Source: Bacillota bacterium (GTDB taxonomy: Bacteria; Bacillota; Sulfobacillia; Sulfobacillales; Sulfobacillaceae). From it: DNA of 64,000 bases. Location of the stretch: contig JAKBWA010000107.1 in assembly GCA_021841025.1 (NCBI GenBank), positions 22,674 to 86,673 of the forward strand. Reading direction: 5' to 3'. The translations under genes and the position numbers were made by a program. How positions within the stretch are numbered: position 1 is the stretch's first letter; every line of letters starts with the position of its first letter. The notes beneath the pieces were generated by a model, which did no database searches, was not told the DNA's origin, and saw nothing but the letters and a program-made list of their open reading frames with translations. Below, piece by piece: positions 1-8,085 of the stretch.

Positions 1-702
1 ATTGAGTTACAGCGAGGGTAAATTGCTCAAGAGGAGCGGAGGATGGCATGGACGGTTGATATCAGTATCGACCGTTACACATAAGACTCTTAGAGATTTT
101 TCTGACCGTCATGTATCTGTGGGTCGATATCTTCTGTGGAAGGAAGAACACAAACCGGATCATCGTCCGTCAACCGTTAGCTACCGAAGGGTTCAGCAAT
201 CGCCTTTGAGTATATTGATTAAGAAAAAACTGCATCCCCCCGGACGATTTTCACAGCCAGCACTCAAGACTTTACCCCACCTACTTCCCCACTCCCCCTC
301 CCAGCCCTTGGATCCTGTGCCCGGTCCTTCGCGTGCGTTTGCACACCCGATCCATCGTAGAACCATCTCTCATGTACCAGAAAAGGGTGTGAGAACATTA
401 GTGGCTGTGCACTCGGGAAAAGGGCATGTTAAGTGTTTCCATTCCATGCAACCTTCTTCTGCTGTAGCGGGGAGATGTTAATGGCGACAATTAGTTCCTT
501 ATCGCGGAAACAAGCAGGCCAGGAGTGGTGCCTGTTTGGATCCTCAGGTGTATCGATACTGAGTTTCGGGAACATACTGGCATCAGCTGATAGTTGCGCA
601 AATGGCCCCTAATCTGTAAGAATATGGGGAAGAAAGCCGGTCTGTCACAAGAGACAGATTCCGGAAAGAAAAGGGGAGATTGACACGGGCCACACCAGTT
701 CA

Positions 703-951
703 TTGTACTGGATCTTTTTTGCAGTACTGATCGGAATGACAATTTGGATGTTCATGCAGCAGTCCCGTACCCAAAAAAATCGCCAGCAGCTGCAGAGGAG
801 TTTGCAAAAAGGGGACAGAGTCGTGACAGTAGGTGGAGTTATCGGGACGGTGGTGCAAGTGGATGATAAGCGCGTTGTCTTGCAAATAGCCGACAATGTC
901 CGCATAGATGTGTTGAAAACAGCTGTTGGAGGAAAATATCAAGACTCCTAA
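703..951 (+). CDS. yajC: Preprotein translocase subunit YajC (true start may be ~685, see findings)
   Basis: N-terminal TM helix followed by QKNRQQLQRSLQKGDRVVTVGGVIGTVVQV...RIDVLKTAV, the YajC pattern; TTG start at 703 has no adjacent SD. Confidence 0.9.
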   Translation: MYWIFFAVLIGMTIWMFMQQSRTQKNRQQLQRSLQKGDRVVTVGGVIGTVVQVDDKRVVLQIADNVRIDVLKTAVGGKYQDS

Positions 952-1000
952 TGGCAGCTATCAAGAGTCTGAATCCCATCTGAGTTACGACCCCAGGGTG

Positions 1001-1009
1001 TGCTATAAT
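1001..1009 (+). promoter_or_regulatory. Extended -10 sigma-A promoter upstream of gdh
   Basis: TG-C-TATAAT at 1001-1009; no convincing -35. Confidence 0.6.
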
Positions 1010-1062
1010 ACGGGCGAATTCTCAAAGGAATTCAACGAGACACACTTGGGGAGGCGGAAAAG

Positions 1063-2316
1063 GTGGCGGATTCGTCACTAAACCCATTTTTGCGGGCGCA
1101 GCAAGCTTTTAAGGAAGCTGTTGATACACTTGGTCTTGAGCCCGCAGTATACGAGATTCTCAAACAGCCACTCCGATCATTCGAAGTGGCAGTCCCTTTT
1201 CTAAGGGATGATGGCTCATTGCAAGTTTTCAATGGCTATCGAGTTCAGCACAATGATGCGCTCGGGCCAACGAAGGGTGGATTGCGCTTTCATTCTTCTG
1301 TCACAATGGATGAAGTGAAGGCGTTGGCAATGTGGATGAGTGTAAAATGTGCATTGCTTAATCTCCCTTATGGTGGCGGAAAAGGCGGAATCGCATGTGA
1401 TGTTGACCAATTGTCCGACGGTGAAATCGAGCGGCTAAGCCGCGAGTACATTCGTGCAGTGAGTTTGGTCATTGGACCCGACAAAGATATTCCTGCGCCT
1501 GATGTATCCACAAACCCTCAAATCATGGCATGGATGGTTGATGAATATTCTCGTATCCGAGGAGAAAACACGTTCGGCTTGATTACTGGGAAGCCTGTTG
1601 TTATTGGAGGGTCAGCTGGGCGTGTCGAGGCTACGGGTCGGGGTTTGGTGTTTGCCACCAAACAGTTGGCCATTGAACTAGGCATTGATTTTAGCAAGAG
1701 TCGGATTGCCATCCAAGGATTTGGCAATGTAGGGTCAGTTGCAGCCGAAATTGCGTACGATATGGGAGCCCGGATTGTAGCGGTATCGGACAAGGACGGC
1801 GGATTGTACAATCCCCAAGGTATAGATATTCCAGAGTTGCTGGAGTACAAGCGCAATAATAGACGCCTTGCGGGATATGCTCAGGCCGAACCTATTATGA
1901 ATAATGAACTACTGGAACTGCCGGTGGACATCTTGTTTCCGGCTGCCTTGGAGAACCAAATTACCGCGGATAATGCGCTGAATATTCGAGCGCGCATTGT
2001 CGGAGAGGGAGCGAATGGCCCTACAACTCCCGAGGCCGACCGTATTTTATTCGACAAAGGTATCATGGTAATTCCGGATGTTCTGGGGAATTCGGGCGGA
2101 GTAACAGTGTCATATTTCGAATGGGTTCAGAATCAAACGCGTTTTTATTGGTCAGAAGAAGAAGTGAATCAGCGATTAGAAGAATATATGTCAAAGGCTA
2201 TGGCAGCAATGCATACTATGCATGAACGTTTTGGGGTAACCTTACGTAAAGCGGCTTATTTAGTGGCAGTGGAGCGGATAGCGCAAGCTATGCGGTACCG
2301 GGGCTGGCTACAGTAA
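1063..2316 (+). CDS. gdhA: Glu/Leu/Phe/Val-family glutamate dehydrogenase
   Basis: GPTKGGLRF, GGGKGG, PAPDV, QGFGNVG nucleotide-binding motif, EGANGP, GGVTVSYFEW; SD GGGAGG upstream. Confidence 0.93.
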   Translation: MADSSLNPFLRAQQAFKEAVDTLGLEPAVYEILKQPLRSFEVAVPFLRDDGSLQVFNGYRVQHNDALGPTKGGLRFHSSVTMDEVKALAMWMSVKCALLNLPYGGGKGGIACDVDQLSDGEIERLSREYIRAVSLVIGPDKDIPAPDVSTNPQIMAWMVDEYSRIRGENTFGLITGKPVVIGGSAGRVEATGRGLVFATKQLAIELGIDFSKSRIAIQGFGNVGSVAAEIAYDMGARIVAVSDKDGGLYNPQGIDIPELLEYKRNNRRLAGYAQAEPIMNNELLELPVDILFPAALENQITADNALNIRARIVGEGANGPTTPEADRILFDKGIMVIPDVLGNSGGVTVSYFEWVQNQTRFYWSEEEVNQRLEEYMSKAMAAMHTMHERFGVTLRKAAYLVAVERIAQAMRYRGWLQ

Positions 2317-2369
2317 ATATGGACACACAAAGGGTTCTCATCATGGGAGCCCTTTGAGGAGGTTTTTGG

Positions 2370-3917
2370 GTGGATCAAGATCCGATAGAGGAATTAAGAC
2401 GCCGTCAAAAGGCGATCGAAGAAATGGGTGGAAGTGCTCGTGTTAAGAAGCAGCATCAAGCGGGTAAATTAACGGCACGAGAACGAATAGCGGTATTGCT
2501 AGATGATGGTACTTTCGAAGAAATTGGGGCCCATGTTCGCCACCGTTCCACGTTTTTTGGCTTAGACAAGCAAAACATTCCATCGGACGCGGTAGTCACG
2601 GGGACAGGGCGCATTAATGGTCGGGTTGTCTATGTCTATTCACAAGATTTTACTGTTGCTGGAGGATCATTGGGCGAGATGCATGCCCAAAAAATTCTGC
2701 GGATTCAGGATTTAGCTCTAAAAACCGGCAATCCGATAATCGGTCTAAACGATTCGGGCGGAGCCCGTATTCAAGAAGGTGTGGACGCACTAGCGGGTTA
2801 TGGAGAAATTTTCAAACGGAATACGTGGGCGTCGGGGGTCATTCCGCAAATTACGGTGATTATGGGGCCGAGTGCAGGAGGAGCGGTGTACTCTCCTTCT
2901 TTAACGGATTTCATCATCATGGTGAAGGGAACAGGCCAAATGTTTATTACCGGCCCACAAGTCATTCAAACAGTAACAGGTGAGAAGGTTACTAGTGAGG
3001 AACTAGGCGGTGCGGATGCCCATATTCGTCTCAGTGGCGTAGCCCATTTTGCTACGGGTAATGACGAAGAAGCTCTTAAACTAGTTAGGCAGTTGTTGGA
3101 CTATATACCCAACAACAACCGGGAATTGCCACCGGTTAGTGTGGATCAAGATCCGTGGGACAGGCTGATTCCGTCTTTAGCGGACGTTATTCCCCAAGAT
3201 GCCAACAAACCTTATGATGTGAAAAGAATTATTCATTCGATGGTGGACGTTGGCTCTTTTCTCGAGATTCAACAAGGATACGCCGACAACATGGTCATTG
3301 GATTGGCGCGGATTGGAGGACATGTCGTTGGAATCAGCGCAAACCAACCCCGAGTTTTGGCGGGAACGATGGATATCAACGCATCAGACAAATTGGCCAG
3401 GTTTGTGAGATTTTGTGACGCGTTTAATATTCCGATGGTGACACTTGTTGACACACCTGGCTATCTGCCCGGAACCAGTCAGGAATTTGGCGGAATCATT
3501 CGTCATGGTGCTAAAGTATTATTTGCCTATGCCGAGGCGACCGTCCCCAAAATTACTGTGGTTTTGAGAAAAGCCTATGGTGGTGCGTATTTGGCCATGT
3601 GCAGCAAATCTCTCGGAGCGGACTGGGTTCTGGCCTGGCCAACGGCAGAAATTGCTGTGATGGGACCGGAAGGAGCTGCTAATATTATTTTTCGTGAGGT
3701 AATTGCCCAGGCAGAGAACTCCGAGGTGGTACGCAAGCAAAAGGCTGACGAATACCGAGAAGAATTTGCTAATCCTTTCGTGGCGGCTTCCCGTGGATAT
3801 ATTGATTCAATCATTGACCCTCAAGAAACGCGTTTGCACGTTGCACGTGCTCTTATGACTTTAACGAACAAACGGGATAGCCGGCCGCACAAAAAGCATG
3901 GCAATATGCCGTTATAG
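2370..3917 (+). CDS. Acyl-CoA carboxylase/decarboxylase carboxyltransferase subunit (PccB/MmdA type)
   Basis: GKLTARERI, DSGGARIQEG, GPSAGGAVYSP, DTPGYLPGTSQE, RKAYGGAY, KKHGNMPL; 515 aa; SD GAGGAGG. Confidence 0.92.
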   Translation: MDQDPIEELRRRQKAIEEMGGSARVKKQHQAGKLTARERIAVLLDDGTFEEIGAHVRHRSTFFGLDKQNIPSDAVVTGTGRINGRVVYVYSQDFTVAGGSLGEMHAQKILRIQDLALKTGNPIIGLNDSGGARIQEGVDALAGYGEIFKRNTWASGVIPQITVIMGPSAGGAVYSPSLTDFIIMVKGTGQMFITGPQVIQTVTGEKVTSEELGGADAHIRLSGVAHFATGNDEEALKLVRQLLDYIPNNNRELPPVSVDQDPWDRLIPSLADVIPQDANKPYDVKRIIHSMVDVGSFLEIQQGYADNMVIGLARIGGHVVGISANQPRVLAGTMDINASDKLARFVRFCDAFNIPMVTLVDTPGYLPGTSQEFGGIIRHGAKVLFAYAEATVPKITVVLRKAYGGAYLAMCSKSLGADWVLAWPTAEIAVMGPEGAANIIFREVIAQAENSEVVRKQKADEYREEFANPFVAASRGYIDSIIDPQETRLHVARALMTLTNKRDSRPHKKHGNMPL

Positions 3918-3961
3918 ATATAGAGTACGAGATTCAACAAATCCATTGGTGGAGGATTATG

Positions 3962-4108
3962 GTGAACGAACGGGACTTGGACGAACTATCCCCTGAAGTG
4001 CTTGCAGCCATTATGGCTGCGCTATTGTGCATGGAAGAGCCAGCCATACATGTGAGAGTGCGGGAAGTGTGGCCAGAAGAAAGTGCGTGGCGCTGGGTTG
4101 GATGGTAG
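3962..4108 (+). CDS. Small carboxylase accessory subunit (epsilon/delta-like), absent from ORF track
   Basis: SD GGAGG 3951-3955; translates (M)NERDLDELSPEVLAAIMAALLCMEEPAIHVRVREVWPEESAWRWVGW*; AAIMAAL helix plus terminal SAWR motif; lies between carboxyltransferase and biotin carrier. Confidence 0.75.
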   Translation: MNERDLDELSPEVLAAIMAALLCMEEPAIHVRVREVWPEESAWRWVGW

Positions 4109-4165
4109 CATATCCTCAAACATTTTGAGACAACGTTTTGACTACTAGAGGAGGTTTATCAATTT

Positions 4166-4561
4166 ATGGCGGTTCGTAAGTTTCGCATTCGCGTTAATGG
4201 AGTAGAGTATGACGTTGAAGCAGAAGAGGTGAGCGCAGAGCGATCGACGGAAGAGCTGCCTCGGGTTTCCCGGATTCCTCAGACTCCTTCCTCCGTAGCC
4301 TCGGAACCGCTCCGGCCGGCGCCGATGATTAGGCACAATGGCGAAATCATAATCGAAGCTCCATTGCCGGGCGCGGTCCTGGATGTGAAGGTTCAGGAAG
4401 GTCAGTCAGTTGACGTGGGACAGGTTTTGATTATTTTGGAAGCAATGAAGATGGAGAATGAAGTCACAGCCCCTGCGGCCGGCAATATCAAAAGCTTGCG
4501 CGTTAACAAAGGCAGTTCGGTAGAGGCCAATGAAGTGCTTGTGATTATTGAACCCCAATAG
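4166..4561 (+). CDS. Biotin carboxyl carrier protein (MmdC/AccB-like)
   Basis: KFRIRVNGVEYDVE N-terminus, Pro/Ala linker, APLPGAV...LEAMKMENEV biotinylation motif. Confidence 0.93.
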   Translation: MAVRKFRIRVNGVEYDVEAEEVSAERSTEELPRVSRIPQTPSSVASEPLRPAPMIRHNGEIIIEAPLPGAVLDVKVQEGQSVDVGQVLIILEAMKMENEVTAPAAGNIKSLRVNKGSSVEANEVLVIIEPQ

Positions 4562-4563
4562 TT

Positions 4564-5784
4564 ATGGCAAGGGTTATGGTCATCGCACCTCATCCCGACG
4601 ATGAGGCTTTGGGAGCAGCAGGGATCATTTACCGCGAGGTGCATAAGGGAAATGATGTGCGTGTTCTCTTTATCACAGCGGGAGATGGGTTTGTGCAAGA
4701 TGCTGAGCGCTATTACCTCCTTCTTCACGTAACGCCCGAGGAATATCTTCATTTAGGATATGAGCGGCAGTTAGAAGCGCAACACGCTATGGCACATCTC
4801 GGGCTAAGAGCCCAAGATGTCATCTGTCTGGGATTTCCTGATGGGGGGATAGATCATCTGTTATTGCATTTTGATGAGACAGAACCTTTTAAGAGCCCAA
4901 CAACAGGTGAGTCGTTTGTTCCTTACATCAATATTCCTACTTACAAAATGCTATATACGGGAAAAAATCTTTTAGAATTGCTGGGCCAAGAGTTAAAGGC
5001 GTTTCAACCGGATATATTGGTTACTCCGCTGTTAATTGACCAGCATCCAGACCATTGGGCCACTTCAGCTTTTGCCACACTGGCCCTTTTGCATTGCCGG
5101 GCTCAAGGCATAAAGTGGGCCCAAACGGCTCAGAATTATGGCTACCTAGTGCATTGGACGGGATGGCCCTTGCCTTTAGGCTACCATCCCGATCTCACGA
5201 TGGAAAAGCCCCCTGGGCTAAAATCTCATCCTCTGATAGCGTGGCTTCAAGAACATTATGATGAAGACACTATCGAGGCTAAAAGACGATCATTGTTGGC
5301 CCATGATAGTCAGGTAGAACTGATTAAGCCATTTTTGCAGGCCTTTGCACGGCGGAGTGAAATTTTTGGTCTAATACACCCCCTAGTATTGGGTCGGAAA
5401 ATAGCTGTTCCCAAACCCAAGAGTGATATGTTGACCAAGCTTCTACACAGAGAATTTGGCTTGATATCTAGTGAATGGAAATCGGATGGGCGTTATGTTG
5501 ATGTACGGCTTAAGTCTCTAATTCGGCCCGGTTGGCAAATTCGTGTCGCGGACTTCAATATCGGGAAGACAATTGAGTTCTTTGGAGCACAGGGGGAAAT
5601 GGAACAATTAGATTCGCAGAATATTACCATCAAGAATGATTCACGGGGTTATAATATTGTTTGGGCGCAATCAGCTTCCCAATCTCAGGATTACGATTTC
5701 AAACTTATGGGTTTTGTCATCTTTGATGCGGACGGAAAACTTATCGGTAGAAGCGGGTTTTGGCCTTGGACCAAGATGGCATAG
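4564..5784 (+). CDS. PIG-L/LmbE family deacetylase with C-terminal extension
   Basis: APHPDDE and HPDH metal-binding motifs, LGFPDGG, AHDSQ. Confidence 0.85.
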   Translation: MARVMVIAPHPDDEALGAAGIIYREVHKGNDVRVLFITAGDGFVQDAERYYLLLHVTPEEYLHLGYERQLEAQHAMAHLGLRAQDVICLGFPDGGIDHLLLHFDETEPFKSPTTGESFVPYINIPTYKMLYTGKNLLELLGQELKAFQPDILVTPLLIDQHPDHWATSAFATLALLHCRAQGIKWAQTAQNYGYLVHWTGWPLPLGYHPDLTMEKPPGLKSHPLIAWLQEHYDEDTIEAKRRSLLAHDSQVELIKPFLQAFARRSEIFGLIHPLVLGRKIAVPKPKSDMLTKLLHREFGLISSEWKSDGRYVDVRLKSLIRPGWQIRVADFNIGKTIEFFGAQGEMEQLDSQNITIKNDSRGYNIVWAQSASQSQDYDFKLMGFVIFDADGKLIGRSGFWPWTKMA

Positions 5785-5849
5785 GATGGATCCGTAGGTC
5801 GTCCACACCTACTTCCTTGAATTGGGTAAAGCCTCACCGCCTCTTTTTC

Positions 5850-5878
5850 TTGACAATCGTGGTTTGGGCCGATATAAT
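5850..5878 (+). promoter_or_regulatory. Consensus sigma-A promoter of tRNA-Ala
   Basis: TTGACA (5850-5855), 17 bp, TATAAT (5873-5878). Confidence 0.9.
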
Positions 5879-5890
5879 TGCGATGCATTG

Positions 5891-5966
<76 letters not shown>

Positions 5967-5973
5967 TCATATG

Positions 5974-6009
5974 GAACCCGCCAGTGAAAGAGCTGACGGG
6001 TTCTTCTTC
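5974..6009 (+). terminator. Probable intrinsic terminator after tRNA
   Basis: GAACCCGCCAG...CTGACGGGTTC hairpin followed by TTCTTC. Confidence 0.6.
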
Positions 6010-6601
6010 ATGCTCAGAAGTTTCGTGTCCTTACGCACTAATTCGCAGCGCTCTCTTCTTTCGTGATTCGTCGTTTTCCTATCTGCTTGGGTGAAGCGCC
6101 CGAACGTTGTGCTGAATACCCGCAATTATGATTGGAGATGTTGGTGGTTACGCGTTCCTCGTTATGCACCCATTCATTCGCCCGAGATTTCTTTCTTGCC
6201 GAGCTCACTTGATTCTTTCTCCTTCGACTATTCCTTCAAAACATACACCTTTATAGCGTGCTGGCCCTATCACAGGGGAAATGGCCGGAATGCTAGATGG
6301 CAACCGCGTGACGAGCCACGCGGACGAATTGTAATGTGGGTCCCTTGTCCCGTGATCGTCAAAAATTGACTTGAGGATCACTCCGGTTGGGTAATTAGAT
6401 TCATCTGTGTTACAGTTTTTTCCAAAAATACCGAAAATATTGGTCTGCAGTATGGCTAAAATTGGCCCATTTAGTCAAGGGTTCTTTGGGTTGTCGACCT
6501 CTTGGGGATTTTGTTTCCCATGGTCCTAATACACCAGTATTTGGCATCAAATTCTTTTTAGGAAAAAGCAGGAACCGTAGTTTTTATGGCGAATTTGAAA
6601 A

Positions 6602-6637
6602 GTGGAATCAAGTGGAGGAATGTGGGGGAAAAGGGGG
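6602..6637 (+). promoter_or_regulatory. MraZ-binding direct repeats
   Basis: GTGGAA, GTGGAG, GTGGGG, AGGGGG at exact 10-bp period (6602, 6612, 6622, 6632) upstream of mraZ; matches the GTGG-type MraZ repeats described for Bacillus. Confidence 0.75.
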
Positions 6638-6646
6638 GATCCGATC

Positions 6647-7078
6647 ATGCTAATGGGAGAGTATGAACATACTCTTGATGACAAGGGTCGGATCACCATA
6701 CCTGCTAAACTCCGTGAAGATTTACATGGACATTTTGTGATTACCAAGGGACTTGATGGATGTCTTTTCATCTATCCGATGCCAGAATGGCGAAAGCTTG
6801 AGGAACATCTAAAGGCTCTGCCTATGACGAATGCCAACGCTCGCGCCTTTGCCCGTCTCTTTCTCGCCGGAGCTCAGGACGCAGAAACAGACAAACAGTA
6901 CCGTGTCATAATCCCCCCCAGGTTGCGGGAGCATGCGGGAATTGAGCGCGAAGTGACCTTGGTGGGCGTGAGCACGCGAGTGGAAATGTGGGCGAGGGAA
7001 CGATGGAACGAATACCAGCAATCAGCTCAGACTACTTATGAGGAAGTCGCGGAAAAGATGGTCGATTTCGGATTTTGA
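6647..7078 (+). CDS. mraZ: Division/cell wall cluster transcriptional repressor MraZ
   Basis: MLMGEYEHTLDDKGRITIPAKLRE...GLDGCLFIYP...DKQYRVIIP; start moved to ATG 6647 after a G-rich SD. Confidence 0.96.
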   Translation: MLMGEYEHTLDDKGRITIPAKLREDLHGHFVITKGLDGCLFIYPMPEWRKLEEHLKALPMTNANARAFARLFLAGAQDAETDKQYRVIIPPRLREHAGIEREVTLVGVSTRVEMWARERWNEYQQSAQTTYEEVAEKMVDFGF

Positions 7079-7091
7079 TTGAGGTGCGTTA

Positions 7092-7979
7092 ATGACATAT
7101 TCCCATGTGTCAGTCTTAAGCAAAGAGGCATTGGAATACTGGGTTCACGATGAGGAAGGTATTTACATTGATGCCACCGTCGGCGGCGGAGGGCATAGCG
7201 TACAGTTGCTGTCCCAATTTCCTCATGTGCGCCTAATTGCCGTCGATCAAGATCCTGTTGCCATCCAGGCCGCTCAGGAGCGGTTGAAATCTTTTGGCGA
7301 CCGAGTTACTTGGGTGCGTGCCAATTTTCGGGACTTGACTGAAAAAATTGAACCGCCTCTTCACACTCATATTGCCGGCATTTTGTTTGACTTGGGTGTG
7401 TCCTCGCCGCAGTTTGACGATCCCTCACGCGGATTTACTTATCAAGCGGATGCGGCACTGGATATGCGCATGGATCCATCCAATCCGATCACGGCTTTTC
7501 GGTTAATTAACATGCGTTCCAAGGAAGAAATTGCCCGAGCGTTGCATGAATGGGGTGAGGAGCGTTGGGCCAAACGAATTGCCGATTTTATTGTCAAGGC
7601 TCGGGAAAAGGAACCGATTCGTACTACCGGGCAGTTGGTGGAATTAATTAAAGCGGCGATTCCTGCATCTGCCAGGAGAACTGGAGGCCATCCTGCGCGA
7701 AGAACGTTTCAAGCCTTACGGATTTGGGTCAATGACGAATTGGCCGCCTTAAATCAAGGTTTGGAAACGGCGCAACGTCTTGTGGCGCCTAAAGGACGGG
7801 TGGTAGTCATTTCGTTTCATTCCCTTGAAGATCGCATTGTCAAACATGTTTTTCGACAATGGGAGCAGGAACACAAGGGGCATATTGTGACCAAACATCC
7901 TTTGACCCCCTCAAAGGAAGAAGTTTTGGATAATCCACGGTCCCGCTCAGCCAAACTGCGTGTTTTCGAACAATCTTAA
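7092..7979 (+). CDS. rsmH: 16S rRNA m4C1402 methyltransferase RsmH
   Basis: HVSVL, DATVGGGGHS, DLGVSSPQ, HPARRTFQALRI, ISFHSLEDRIVK, NPRSRSAKLR. Confidence 0.97.
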   Translation: MTYSHVSVLSKEALEYWVHDEEGIYIDATVGGGGHSVQLLSQFPHVRLIAVDQDPVAIQAAQERLKSFGDRVTWVRANFRDLTEKIEPPLHTHIAGILFDLGVSSPQFDDPSRGFTYQADAALDMRMDPSNPITAFRLINMRSKEEIARALHEWGEERWAKRIADFIVKAREKEPIRTTGQLVELIKAAIPASARRTGGHPARRTFQALRIWVNDELAALNQGLETAQRLVAPKGRVVVISFHSLEDRIVKHVFRQWEQEHKGHIVTKHPLTPSKEEVLDNPRSRSAKLRVFEQS

Positions 7980-8017
7980 ATAGCGGACATCGGATAGCGG
8001 ACAGGTGTTGCCATATA

Positions 8018-8064
8018 TTCGACAAACTATCGGGATATAGATCAGAAACACTTAATAATCGACA
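8018..8064. promoter_or_regulatory. Two Spo0A-box-like motifs upstream of ftsL
   Basis: TTCGACA (8018-8024, exact reverse of TGTCGAA) and ATCGACA (8058-8064, 6/7). Confidence 0.4.
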
Positions 8065-8085
8065 AATCAAGGAGGAGAAGCCGGC

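Noticed and set aside
193-447. Minus-strand MEWKHLTCPFPEC... ORF with one in-frame TGA (370-372): possible selenoprotein or IS1-like zinc-finger remnant
   Set aside because: The downstream hairpin (GUGUGC-AAAC-GCACGC) lacks the G-containing apical loop of bacterial SECIS elements; weak SD; no recognisable family or transposase continuation
2-481. 159-aa plus-strand ORF from the track
   Set aside because: No recognisable motif, Pro/Ser/His-rich low-information sequence, no visible SD, begins at the window edge; cannot be supported
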